Assembly: GCA_029007785.1 (NCBI GenBank)
Contig: JAQXIM010000137.1
Location: 4,429 to 68,428 of the forward strand
DNA: 64,000 nt
Reading direction: 5' to 3'
DNA from: Clostridiales bacterium
Lineage (GTDB): Bacteria > Bacillota > Clostridia > Lachnospirales > Lachnospiraceae
Shown: positions 33,907 through 43,847 of the stretch, in pieces
Layout of the letters: each line of letters begins with the position of its first letter
Numbering within the stretch: the stretch's first letter is position 1
Notes under the pieces: model-generated
The model's database searches: none
Seen by the model: only the letters and a program-made list of their open reading frames with translations
What the model was told of the DNA's origin: nothing
Program-made: the position numbers and the translations under genes

Positions 33907-34769
33907 TTGCAGTATTAAAAAATGAGATCTGTTCGTATTTCACCAATATGGCTGCATATGTAATCAGTGCTTTCCTGCTGTTTTTTGCAGGAATCTATAC
34001 GATGGTATATAACCTGAATTATGCAGTGGCGAATTATGAGGTTGTTTTAAGCGGCATGTCCTTCATCTTTCTTGTCATTGTTCCGATTCTGACCATGCGG
34101 GTGATCGCGGAAGAACGGCATCAGAAAACAGATCAGCTTTTATATTCGCTGCCCCTTTCCATGGGAAAGATTATTCTGGGAAAATACCTTGCCATGCTTT
34201 GTATTTTCCTGATACCGATTGCTGTCATCTGTATTTATCCCATTATTCTGTCTGCCTTCGGTAATGTTAGTTTTCCTGTTGCCTACACGGCAATCCTGGG
34301 CTTTTTCCTTCTGGGAGCTTCTCTGATTGCCATTGGAACCTTTGTTTCCTCTGTAACGGAAAGTCAGGCAGTGGCAGCCGGTTTGTGTTTCGTTGTGATG
34401 CTGCTGAATTATTTCCTGTCCAGTCTGTCCTCTTTCGTATCCAGCTCTGCCATATCATCTGTGGCAGCCTTGACGATCTGCATTTTACTGTTCAGTATCG
34501 TATTCTATCTTTTAACGAAAAACAGTTGGGTGTCCGCAGGAATCGGAGCGATTCTGGAAGTCATTACATGGATTGTCTATGTGGCAGACAGCAGCAAACT
34601 GGAAGGTCTGTTTGGCACGATTATGGAAGAGCTTTCTTTGTTTGAGCAGTTTCAGGTTTTTGTTGACGGGATTCTTGATTTGACGGGAGTGGTATATTTC
34701 CTGTCTGTTATTGTATTCTTTTTGTTCCTGAGTATACAATCCATGGAAAAGAGGAGGTGGAGTGAATGA
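33903..34769 (+). CDS. ABC-2 type permease (GldF-like)
   Basis: Six or more hydrophobic segments. ATGA overlap with the ATPase gene. Confidence 0.75.
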   Translation: MIAVLKNEICSYFTNMAAYVISAFLLFFAGIYTMVYNLNYAVANYEVVLSGMSFIFLVIVPILTMRVIAEERHQKTDQLLYSLPLSMGKIILGKYLAMLCIFLIPIAVICIYPIILSAFGNVSFPVAYTAILGFFLLGASLIAIGTFVSSVTESQAVAAGLCFVVMLLNYFLSSLSSFVSSSAISSVAALTICILLFSIVFYLLTKNSWVSAGIGAILEVITWIVYVADSSKLEGLFGTIMEELSLFEQFQVFVDGILDLTGVVYFLSVIVFFLFLSIQSMEKRRWSE

Positions 34770-36262
34770 AGACATTAAAAGGCTTAAGCAAAGAAGAAAA
34801 GAAAAACCGGGAGCCGAAAGAGAGAATGTCTCTGAAAGAATCTCTGACCACCCGCTCTTTCCGGGCCGGCGGTTACAGTGCCGTTGCCGCTGCTTTGCTG
34901 CTGGTGATCCTGGTTGCTGTCAATGTGGTCGTTCGCACTATTCCGGTAAGCATTACGAAAATTGACATGACTTCCAATCAACTGTACTCGATTTCAGAGG
35001 AAACCGAGAAAATGGTGGGTGGACTTTTGAAGGATGTGACGATTTACTGGGTTGTACAATCGGGACAGGAAGACAGCAACCTGGGTCGGCTGCTGGAACA
35101 GTATACGTCTCTTTCTGATAAAATCAGCCTGAAAAAAAAGGATCCGGATGTATATCCCACATTTCTTCAGAAATACGATGTGGAAGATGTTTATAATAAT
35201 TCCCTTCTGGTGGAATCGGGAGATCGGTATCGCTACGTAGATGCCAACGATATTTATGAATATGATTACAGCAATTACTATACCACAGGAAGTTATGATG
35301 TAAGCTTTAATGGAGAAAATGCGGTAACATCGGCAATCAATTATGTCATGAGTGAAGATCTGCCGAAGCTATATATTCTTACCGGTCACGGTGAGACAGA
35401 GCTTTCTTCTGCCTTCTCCAAAGCTCTGACCGATGGAAATATTGAGACGGAATCCCTGTCTCTGCTGACGGTGGATTCTGTTCCGGAAGATGCGGATGCC
35501 GTACTTGCACTGGCACCCGCCAGCGATATCTCTGACGGTGAAAAGGAAATCCTTCAGACTTATCTCCGGGAAGGAGGAAATTTTGTTTTCCTTTCCAATC
35601 CTCCGGAGGAAGGCACCCTTAAGAATTGGGCAGAACTGATGGCTGACTATGGTGTGGAAGCAGAAGACGGAATTGTCATGGAAGGAAATTCCGGTTACTA
35701 TGCATCAGGCGCCCCGTTCTATCTGCTTCCGGAACTGGAGTACCATGAAATCACTTCACCTCTCAGTGAAAGCGGTTATCGTGTTCTTCTTCCTATTTCC
35801 CAGGGACTGAAGATTGCAGAAGAACTGCCGGAAGGTGTTGCTGTAGATTCTCTGCTGACAACTTCGGATGATGCCTACTCAAAAGTGGACGGTTATAATC
35901 TCTCTACCTATGAAAAGGAAGACAATGATCTGGATGGTCCTTTTTCCCTGGCTGTGGCAATTACCAATGAGGTGGATGAGGATACCACCGGCAAGATTAT
36001 ATGGATAGGTTCCGGTTCTGTCATTGATGAACAGACCAATATGCAGGTGTCCGGAGGAAACCAGGATCTGTTTTTAAATGCGATTAACTGGATTTGTGAA
36101 AAACAGGACAGCATTGCCATCCATGCCAAGAGTTTGAGCTATGAATATCTGACAATTAACAGCCGTTTTGCTTCTGTGTTTACAATTGTTATTGTCGCTT
36201 TGATTCCTCTTTGCTGCATAGCAGCAGGTATCATGATCTGGGTAAGGAGGAGACGTCGATGA
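34766..36262 (+). CDS. GldG-like ABC-transport auxiliary protein
   Basis: N- and C-terminal TM anchors and a large extracytoplasmic domain. LYILTGHGE and IIWIGSGSVID motifs are typical of the ABC_transp_aux family. Confidence 0.7.
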   Translation: MKTLKGLSKEEKKNREPKERMSLKESLTTRSFRAGGYSAVAAALLLVILVAVNVVVRTIPVSITKIDMTSNQLYSISEETEKMVGGLLKDVTIYWVVQSGQEDSNLGRLLEQYTSLSDKISLKKKDPDVYPTFLQKYDVEDVYNNSLLVESGDRYRYVDANDIYEYDYSNYYTTGSYDVSFNGENAVTSAINYVMSEDLPKLYILTGHGETELSSAFSKALTDGNIETESLSLLTVDSVPEDADAVLALAPASDISDGEKEILQTYLREGGNFVFLSNPPEEGTLKNWAELMADYGVEAEDGIVMEGNSGYYASGAPFYLLPELEYHEITSPLSESGYRVLLPISQGLKIAEELPEGVAVDSLLTTSDDAYSKVDGYNLSTYEKEDNDLDGPFSLAVAITNEVDEDTTGKIIWIGSGSVIDEQTNMQVSGGNQDLFLNAINWICEKQDSIAIHAKSLSYEYLTINSRFASVFTIVIVALIPLCCIAAGIMIWVRRRRR

Positions 36263-37269
36263 AACGAGGAAAGAAGCTGATGATTCTGACGGTGGTGTGC
36301 ATGGCAGCCTGTGGGGCAGCTTTTGCAGCCATAAAGTTCCAGGCCCGGAATGAAGAGGAAGAATCTTCCGGAGTTTCGATTTATCAGGGAGAGGAAGATC
36401 ATATTCAGGCTCTTTTCTGGGATTACAATGGAGAATCTCTTCGCTTTGAAAAGAATGGAGATCAGTGGCAGTATGCCGAGGATGAAGAATTTCCGCTTCA
36501 GGAGTCGATATTGGAAAGCATGGAGAGCGCTCTCCGTGATGTCCAGGCAGTGAAGGTAATTGAAGATCCGGAATCGGAGGAGGAATACGGACTGGATCAG
36601 CCGGTTTGTGTCGTGTCTGTAACTGGTGACAGCGGCATTTCCCTTTCTTTTGGAAATGAAACCAGCCTGGGCGGGGAACGATATGTTTCCATTGGGGACG
36701 GAAAGATTTATATTCTGGATTCATCCTTGATGGATGAGTTCTCCTATGGTTTGTACGATTTGACAGAAAATGAAACCATTCCTTCCATGACGGATGTGAC
36801 AGGCATCACTCTGGAGAAGGGTGGTGAGACCATGAAGTTGATTTATCAGGAAGCAGATATATCTGATGAAGAAGAAGTCCCCGAATGGTTTTTGGAAGAA
36901 AAAGGGGGAGAGTACACGTCGTTGGATACGGATTCTGTGGAAAATCTTCTGAATACCTTTACCGGACTGAGCTGGGGCGGCTGTGTGAACTACCATGTGT
37001 CGGAAGAAGAGCTGAAGGAATACGGGCTGGATGAACCGGAGGCAAGGGTAACCGTTTATTACGGGGAAGCCTCAGAAGGAAGCGAAGACGAAGATACTTC
37101 TTCGGAAGATGAATCCTCTCAGGGGCAGGAATTTGTACTGGAGATCGGTGGGGAATGCGATGAGGGCGTTTATGCCCGAATGGCAGGCTCTCAAATGGTT
37201 TACTGGATTGATTCCTCCGTGTATGACAGTATTTTGGAGGCAGATGAGGAATCCCTTCTTTCCAAATAG
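36259..37269 (+). CDS. DUF4340-like protein (partner of GldG-like systems)
   Basis: N-terminal anchor. W.Y..DEEFPL....L.....AL.......I.D......YGLD.P, repeated twice. ATGA overlap with the previous gene. Confidence 0.65.
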   Translation: MKRGKKLMILTVVCMAACGAAFAAIKFQARNEEEESSGVSIYQGEEDHIQALFWDYNGESLRFEKNGDQWQYAEDEEFPLQESILESMESALRDVQAVKVIEDPESEEEYGLDQPVCVVSVTGDSGISLSFGNETSLGGERYVSIGDGKIYILDSSLMDEFSYGLYDLTENETIPSMTDVTGITLEKGGETMKLIYQEADISDEEEVPEWFLEEKGGEYTSLDTDSVENLLNTFTGLSWGGCVNYHVSEEELKEYGLDEPEARVTVYYGEASEGSEDEDTSSEDESSQGQEFVLEIGGECDEGVYARMAGSQMVYWIDSSVYDSILEADEESLLSK

Positions 37270-37432
37270 TCACAATGGTGTCTAATAAAGAACAGGAAAT
37301 TGAGGATTCGGGCAGGCGGAGCGTTCAAGGCGAGCATTCTTCCTGCCCGGAAATTGAATCTGGAAAGAAAGGAAAGACACCGGATATTTCAGTTTTACAA
37401 ATATAGTTCATCGATAAAGAAAAGCAGCAACG

Positions 37433-37490
37433 GAAATCCTTTTCAGGCGAATCCTCAAAAAAGAGAGGATTTGCCAGGAAAGGATTTTTA
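37433..37490 (+). terminator. Long imperfect hairpin (about 23 bp) followed by a T-run
   Basis: gaaatccttttcaggcgaatcctc (37433-37456) pairs with gaggatttgccaggaaaggattt (37465-37487) and is followed by ttttta. Confidence 0.6.
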
Positions 37491-37586
37491 TGTTTAGATT
37501 TGCCGAAATTTTACATAATACTTACATGGTTTTGATATCTGTCTTCACATGACTTGTTTACTATAAATAGGACTGGAGGAATAAAA

Positions 37587-38390
37587 ATGGAAAAATTGTT
37601 GAAAAAAAAGGGATTTATTTGTGATATGGACGGTGTGATCTATCATGGAAACCGTCTGCTTCCCGGTGTGAAAGAGTTTCTGCAGTGGCTGCGGGACAAT
37701 GATAAGAGATATTTGTTTTTGACGAATTCCGGGCAGTGTACACCGAAAGAACTTCAGCAAAGATTGGGCCGAATGGGATTGGAAGTGGAAGAATCTCATT
37801 TTTATACCAGTGCGTTGGCTACTGCTCATTTTCTTGACAGTCAGGCTCCCGGCTGCAGTGCCTTTGTTCTGGGTGAACATGGAATTCTGAATGCTTTATA
37901 CGAGGTTGGGATTACTTACAATGATGTCAATCCGGATTATGTCATTGTGGGAGAATCCACAGGATATAATCTGGAAATGATTACCAAGGCAGTGCGTCTG
38001 GTAAATGCAGGAGCAAAACTGATTGGTACCAATTATGATCTGACAGGCCCCACAGAAAATGGAATTGCGCCGGCTTGTCGTGCCCTTCTGGCTCCCATTG
38101 AGCTGGCTACGGGAAAGAAAGCTTATTACGTAGGAAAACCCAATCCATTAATGATGCGGACAGGCCTGAAAATGCTGGGTGTTCATTCGGAAGAGGCTGC
38201 CATCATTGGAGACCGGATGGATACGGATATTGTGGCAGGAATTGAAACCGGATTGGATACGGTGCTTGTTCTGTCCGGTGTCACATCCCGGGAAGATTGT
38301 CTTGAGTTTCCTTACCGCCCCAGAGTGATTCTGAATGGTGTTGGGGATATTGCAGCAGCTGCCAACAGCAGAAAGGCAGAATCCTTATGA
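37587..38390 (+). CDS. HAD-IIA family hydrolase (NagD-like sugar phosphatase)
   Basis: DMDGVIY motif I, LTNS motif II, and GKP...GDRMDTD motifs III/IV. Confidence 0.85.
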   Translation: MEKLLKKKGFICDMDGVIYHGNRLLPGVKEFLQWLRDNDKRYLFLTNSGQCTPKELQQRLGRMGLEVEESHFYTSALATAHFLDSQAPGCSAFVLGEHGILNALYEVGITYNDVNPDYVIVGESTGYNLEMITKAVRLVNAGAKLIGTNYDLTGPTENGIAPACRALLAPIELATGKKAYYVGKPNPLMMRTGLKMLGVHSEEAAIIGDRMDTDIVAGIETGLDTVLVLSGVTSREDCLEFPYRPRVILNGVGDIAAAANSRKAESL

Positions 38391-39316
38391 AATATGCGAT
38401 TGTAGATGTGGGTTCCAACTCCATGCGTTTATCGGTATATCAGATTTTTCCTGATAAGAAGTTTGAACTGCTGTTTTCGGAAAAGGAAATGGCAGGACTG
38501 AACACTTATATTCATGATGGTCTGATGACTTATGCAGGAATTCAGAAAGCCTGCACCGTACTGAAACAGTTTCAGGAATTGCTGTCTCATCTGAAAATTG
38601 AGGAAATGCATGTATTTGCCACAGCACCCTTGAGAAATATTGAGAATACGGAGGAAGCTCTACAGGAAATCAAACGCCAGACAGGAGTGGATGTGGATGT
38701 CCTTTCCGGAGTTGAAGAGTCTGAGTTGGGATATTACGGTGCGACTCATGGAGTTCAAATGGAAAATGGCGCCATTTTTGATATTGGCGGAGGAAGTACA
38801 GAGATTGCAGAGATTTGCGGAGGTACCATCTGCCATGCCCAGAGCATTCCTCTTGGATCCTTGCAGCTTTATAATCAGAATGTGGAAAAGTTTTGGCCGA
38901 AAAAGAAAGAATGTAAGGCCATTCGGGATAAAATTACGGAAACATTTTCAGAAATTACCTTGCCGGAAAGAAAGAAACGTATGGTATGCGGTGTCGGCGG
39001 TACAGCCAGAGCTGTTTTGAAGATTGCAAATGTATTGCTGGAAAGACCGGATGACACCCGGACCCTGACGGCAAAAGAGTTTTCTTATGTTTGTCAAACC
39101 TTGCTGAGACGAGACGAAACTGCCCGTTCTCTGGTTCTTCGGGTATGTCCTGACCGGATTCATACGATTCTGCCTGGCCTGTTGTTGATGGGTATGGTAT
39201 GCCGTTCTCTTTGTGCCAATGTTCTGTATGTCAGTCCTTATGGTGTTCGGGAAGGATACGTATACTGGCAGCAGCAAAGGGAGAAAGGCTCTGCAGAGAC
39301 AGAGAAAGAGGAATGA
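38387..39316 (+). CDS. ppx: Ppx/GppA-family phosphatase (exopolyphosphatase)
   Basis: DVGSNSMRL and DIGGGSTE motifs. ATGA overlap with the HAD gene. Confidence 0.85.
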   Translation: MKYAIVDVGSNSMRLSVYQIFPDKKFELLFSEKEMAGLNTYIHDGLMTYAGIQKACTVLKQFQELLSHLKIEEMHVFATAPLRNIENTEEALQEIKRQTGVDVDVLSGVEESELGYYGATHGVQMENGAIFDIGGGSTEIAEICGGTICHAQSIPLGSLQLYNQNVEKFWPKKKECKAIRDKITETFSEITLPERKKRMVCGVGGTARAVLKIANVLLERPDDTRTLTAKEFSYVCQTLLRRDETARSLVLRVCPDRIHTILPGLLLMGMVCRSLCANVLYVSPYGVREGYVYWQQQREKGSAETEKEE

Positions 39317-39317
39317 A

Positions 39318-41384
39318 ATGAGAGAAAAGAATTGTTTTGTAAATCGGGAACTTTCATGGCTGAAATTCAATGAGAGGGTTTTGGAAGAAGCAGAGAGTGA
39401 AAAGGTTCCTCTCTGCGAGAGACTTTCTTTCGTTTCTATTTTTCAGAGTAATCTGGATGAGTTTTTTATGGTTCGGATTGGATCTCTGAAGGATCAGATT
39501 GGGCTGGGCAAAAAAGTTCGGGACAATAAAACGGGAATGACGCCGGAGGATCAGATTGATGCGGCATTAGAGCAGGTAAGAATCCTGAACTGTCGTAAAG
39601 ACAATGTATATCGTGAATTATTGAATCAGCTGGAACGTGCGGGAATCCGCATAGTGGATTTTCGGACTATAACCAGGGAAGAAGGAAATCGGTTGGAAAA
39701 ATATTTTGATCAGGAACTGCTTCCCCTTCTGTCCCCCATTATTGTGGGAAAGCGACAGTCCTTCCCTTTTCTGAAAAACCGCGATATTTATGCGGCAGCT
39801 GTACTGGAAACGAAGAATGGGAAGAAGAAAATGGGAATCATCCCCTGCGGTACCGGTGTTTTTCCCAGATTGATAAAAATATCCGACGGTGAATATATGC
39901 TTTCGGAGGAACTGATTCTGCATTTTATTCCCAAAGCATTTAAAGGATATCGCATTCAGTCGAAATCCCTTCTTCGTATTACCAGAAGTGCAGACATTGA
40001 TGCCGATGCTCTGTATGATGAAGAGATGGATTATCGGGAATTCATGGAAGGGTTGATGAAGAAGCGCCGCCGGTTGGAACCGGTTCGCATCGAATTGAGC
40101 CGGGAGCTGGACCGGGATATGGTGGAGCACCTTTGTGAGCTGATTGATATAGATAAAAAGGCGGTGTTCTCTTGCGGAACTCCTCTGGATTTATCCTTTG
40201 TATTTCAGTTTCAGGATATTCTTCGTCAGCACAGTGAATTCTTTTATGAAAAAAGAGTTCCCCAGAAATCCACAAGGTTCCGAGATGGAGAAGCTTTTCT
40301 GCCCCAGATTCTGGAGAAGGATCATCTCTTATCCTATCCTTTTGACTGTATGACTCCTTTCCTGAGAATGCTCCGGGAAGCAGCCTCGGATCCTAAGGTG
40401 GTTTCCATTAAAATGACTTTATATCGTATGGCAAAACAAAGTGAAATTGTAAGTACTTTGATTGAAGCGGCGGAGAATGGAAAAGAGGTTCTGGTTCTGG
40501 TGGAACTAAAGGCGAGATTTGATGAGGAAAATAATATTGTCTGGTCGCGGAGATTGGAAGAAGCGGGATGCAATGTGATTTACGGTCTTCCCGGATATAA
40601 AGTTCATTCCAAACTGTGTCTGATTTCAAGGATTGAAGATGGTCAGCCCCAGTATATTACTCAGATTGGTACGGGAAATTATAATGAAAAAACTTCCCGT
40701 CTCTATACAGATTTTTCCCTGATGACAGCCAATTCTCAGATTGGTCACAGTGCAGCACTGGTTTTCCAGGCTCTGGCTAAGGGAGAGACGGTCCGCAGCA
40801 GCGAAGCTTTGATGGTGGCCCCCCATAGTCTTCAGAACCGTATTCTGGAAAAAATAGATCAGGAGATAGAACATGCCAAAAAAGGGGAGAAGAGCTACAT
40901 TGGTGTGAAAGTAAACTCACTGACGGATAAAGAGATCATGGATCGTCTGATTCAGGCAAGCCAGGCAGGCGTTACCATTGATATGGTGGTAAGAGGTATT
41001 TGCTGTCTTCTTCCCGGTATCCCCGGAAAAACAGAAAATATTCGGATTATCAGTATTGTGGGATGCTTTCTGGAACATTCCAGGATTTACATTTTTGGCT
41101 GTGATGAAAGGGAAGAGATTTACATTTCTTCCGCTGACTTTATGACAAGAAATATGCTGCGCCGGGTGGAAGCTGCGGCACCTATCTGGGATCCGGATAT
41201 CCGGCAGCAGATTCGTTTCATGTTTGATACGATGCTGCGTGATAATTGTCAGGCCAGACAGCTGCAGCCGGATGGACAGTATGTACGACTGAAACCTGAA
41301 GAAAATGAGAACCCTGTGAATTCTCAGGAATTATTCTTTAAAAAAGCTTATGAGCAAGCCCGGAACGTATCGGCAGAAGAATGA
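39318..41384 (+). CDS. ppk: Polyphosphate kinase 1
   Basis: FVNRELSWLKFNERVL start, NLDEFFMVR, and two PLD-like regions including YKVHSKLCLI. Confidence 0.95.
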   Translation: MREKNCFVNRELSWLKFNERVLEEAESEKVPLCERLSFVSIFQSNLDEFFMVRIGSLKDQIGLGKKVRDNKTGMTPEDQIDAALEQVRILNCRKDNVYRELLNQLERAGIRIVDFRTITREEGNRLEKYFDQELLPLLSPIIVGKRQSFPFLKNRDIYAAAVLETKNGKKKMGIIPCGTGVFPRLIKISDGEYMLSEELILHFIPKAFKGYRIQSKSLLRITRSADIDADALYDEEMDYREFMEGLMKKRRRLEPVRIELSRELDRDMVEHLCELIDIDKKAVFSCGTPLDLSFVFQFQDILRQHSEFFYEKRVPQKSTRFRDGEAFLPQILEKDHLLSYPFDCMTPFLRMLREAASDPKVVSIKMTLYRMAKQSEIVSTLIEAAENGKEVLVLVELKARFDEENNIVWSRRLEEAGCNVIYGLPGYKVHSKLCLISRIEDGQPQYITQIGTGNYNEKTSRLYTDFSLMTANSQIGHSAALVFQALAKGETVRSSEALMVAPHSLQNRILEKIDQEIEHAKKGEKSYIGVKVNSLTDKEIMDRLIQASQAGVTIDMVVRGICCLLPGIPGKTENIRIISIVGCFLEHSRIYIFGCDEREEIYISSADFMTRNMLRRVEAAAPIWDPDIRQQIRFMFDTMLRDNCQARQLQPDGQYVRLKPEENENPVNSQELFFKKAYEQARNVSAEE

Positions 41385-41427
41385 GAACGAAACAATAATA
41401 AAAAGGAAAAACAATAAAAACAAAAAT

Positions 41428-41475
41428 AACAGCGAGTCCCTGGCAGTTTTCGTCAGAGGCTCGCTGTTGTTTCTG
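41428..41475. terminator. Hairpin between the convergent ppk and AMP-ligase genes
   Basis: aacagcgag (41428-41436) pairs with ctcgctgtt (41460-41468) and is followed by a T-rich tract. Confidence 0.5.
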
Positions 41476-41545
41476 TTTCTATCTTATTGGAATGATCTGC
41501 ATTTTCATTTTTGTAAACTATTTTGAATCTTCAGGAAGGGAAAGA

Positions 41546-43315
41546 TCAAACAGCTTCTTCAATGTCTTCTTCTTCCTGACGTTCCTGTTCCTTTTTTGAA
41601 AGAATTTCCTGGGTGAGACCGATACGGTTGGTCTTAAAATGCCAGAAAGGTCTTTCAGGCAGAATATTGATTTCTACAGGATGCATATGACTTTCCAATG
41701 CATCGAAAATCTTTTGTTCCACATCCTGCAGAGTATAACCGTCTTCCAGAACAATGTACAGATAGGGAAGAAAATATCCCTTATGATCAATATCCGGAAC
41801 ATTAACGAAAAACTCATCCGCAAGTCCTTCGATTTTATGATCTGCCAGAATGTTCTCCATGGTCAGCATATCAAGGAAGCCGCCGCTGTAACGAGGGCAG
41901 GGGTTACGGTTTACGATATAGATGATACCGTCTTCATCCATGTATCCCATATCGCCCAGATGGAGCCAGGTTCTTCCGTCTTCGTGAACCCGAAGAGCCT
42001 TTTTGGTGGACTCTTCATCATCGTAGCCTATCATCTGTCCTTTGCCGCAGATGCAAATCTCACCAATCTGGTTGTAGGTCAGCTCGGTCTCCGTGCCGGG
42101 TTTGAAAATGGAAACAAGATCAAGAGGCATGGGAACACCCATATTGCCGTTGTTCATGAACTTGGGCGCCATGGGAAGGGTAGCACTGGAACCTGCTTCG
42201 CTGCAGCCGTAACCGGTGGTGACAGTGAAATTACAGTTATGGGAATCAAAGTAGTGCTGAATTCTTTCCATCTGGGTGTTGTTCATTGCCTCACATCCGG
42301 CACCGGAAGATTTCAGATGAGACATATCGTAATCCTTGGGAATCCGTTTGCTGTTCATCAGAATCTCATAAAACATGGGAATCTGAGGCCAGATATTGGG
42401 TTTGTAACGCATTACTTCAAGATCGATGTCTTCGGGAAATACGAAGGGATCCATGATCAGCAGTTTGTTGGAGGTCATGGGAAGGAGAACCATGGAAACA
42501 ACAACGGCAACCAGAGAAGGAGGCAGACATGTTATCAGCCAGGTGGGACGGAAATCAGCGTTGTCACCATAGAAATTCATCTGACATACTACACCCAGAA
42601 TGGTGTGGGCAGAATGAAGAACCTGCTTGGAAGGTCCGGTGGATCCGCTGGTGTAGCAGCGGTACAGAACCCGGTGGATATCGGCAGGAACAGCAACTTC
42701 ACCGGTGTAATGATCTCCGCCTTCAAGGAAATCATTCCAGGAAATAATGGCGTCACCGCTGGCACAAACTTCCGGATAGCAGGAATCCAGGCAAGCCTGA
42801 ATATGCTCCGGCAGGGTTTCCCTGCAGCCATGGGTCAGGGGAGAAATGAGAACGATTTTCTCCACTCCGCCGGCAAGGAACGCTTCCATCTCTTCCTGAG
42901 AGAGAAAATCCTGGGCAAAAATAATTTTTGCGTTTGCCTTTACAACGGCTTCCACATTCTCTGCCAGGGTGTTGTCACGGCAAAGAATGGAGGCACCAAT
43001 CTTTTCTGCTGCCAGAAGTAAAGTCATGAACTCGGGAATCAGACGAAGAAAGACAGGAACCTGATCTCCTTCCTTGAATCCCAGGGCTTTCATCGCTCTG
43101 GCGATGCGGTCAGCCTGGGCAAAAATATCACCCCAAAGGATATCTTCGCCGTAATAGTGAATGGCGGGAACGTCCATGCCGGGGCAATGGGCGGTAAGAT
43201 ATTCCGTCAGAGTGCAGGAAGGCTGTTGAATCATCTGAAGCAGCATCGGAGGATAGTACTTCATCCAAGGTCTATCGATGCTGGGTTTTCCGGTTAAAGT
43301 TGTTTTGTTGCACAT
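41546..43315 (-). CDS. AMP-dependent synthetase/ligase (acyl-CoA synthetase-like)
   Basis: AMP-binding signature YTSGSTGPSK, TGYGCSE, and LHLGDMGYMDEDG. Confidence 0.85.
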   Translation of the reverse strand: MCNKTTLTGKPSIDRPWMKYYPPMLLQMIQQPSCTLTEYLTAHCPGMDVPAIHYYGEDILWGDIFAQADRIARAMKALGFKEGDQVPVFLRLIPEFMTLLLAAEKIGASILCRDNTLAENVEAVVKANAKIIFAQDFLSQEEMEAFLAGGVEKIVLISPLTHGCRETLPEHIQACLDSCYPEVCASGDAIISWNDFLEGGDHYTGEVAVPADIHRVLYRCYTSGSTGPSKQVLHSAHTILGVVCQMNFYGDNADFRPTWLITCLPPSLVAVVVSMVLLPMTSNKLLIMDPFVFPEDIDLEVMRYKPNIWPQIPMFYEILMNSKRIPKDYDMSHLKSSGAGCEAMNNTQMERIQHYFDSHNCNFTVTTGYGCSEAGSSATLPMAPKFMNNGNMGVPMPLDLVSIFKPGTETELTYNQIGEICICGKGQMIGYDDEESTKKALRVHEDGRTWLHLGDMGYMDEDGIIYIVNRNPCPRYSGGFLDMLTMENILADHKIEGLADEFFVNVPDIDHKGYFLPYLYIVLEDGYTLQDVEQKIFDALESHMHPVEINILPERPFWHFKTNRIGLTQEILSKKEQERQEEEDIEEAV

Positions 43316-43847
43316 GATAATACTCCTTTTTTCTCCCCAAAATTGGCTATGATTATAAAAATATTTTTGATATAATTTTAAAGCGAAAAATACTTTGACA
43401 AATAAGACTCCTACATTATAACAATAAGTGACATGTTTTGTAACTTGAATAAAGTTGAATCATGAGGAATAAATGGAAATTCAATTTTTAATTTGAAAAA
43501 CACAATAAAAAAGTGATAGTAATACAAAAATAATGCATAATTATTATGACATTTTCATAAATAACAGAAAAAATCTTACGGCGTAATTTACGTGAATGGA
43601 AGACGTGATATTTCATGATGTGTTGGGGAATCTGTACAAAAAAGGACAAAAAAGAAAAAATAGTGAAGTATTATATATTTTTTGTTGACAGGGAAAATGT
43701 CAGTGATATTCTTACTATAGAGGATATGGTGATTTTCGAAAAACAATTTATTAAGAATGAAAATGACGATATTTATATTTCGAATGTAAATAATAGCAAA
43801 GGGCTGGCAGAAGCAGAGAGCTTTTTAAAAATCATGGATGAAAAAAT

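Noticed and set aside
41639-43021. 460-aa plus-strand ORF
   Set aside because: It is antisense to the AMP-ligase gene, which carries the YTSGSTGPSK signature. It is a shadow ORF. The same logic was applied to 4099-4965, 30759-31541, 51239-52171, 61926-62744 and other antisense ORFs in the track.
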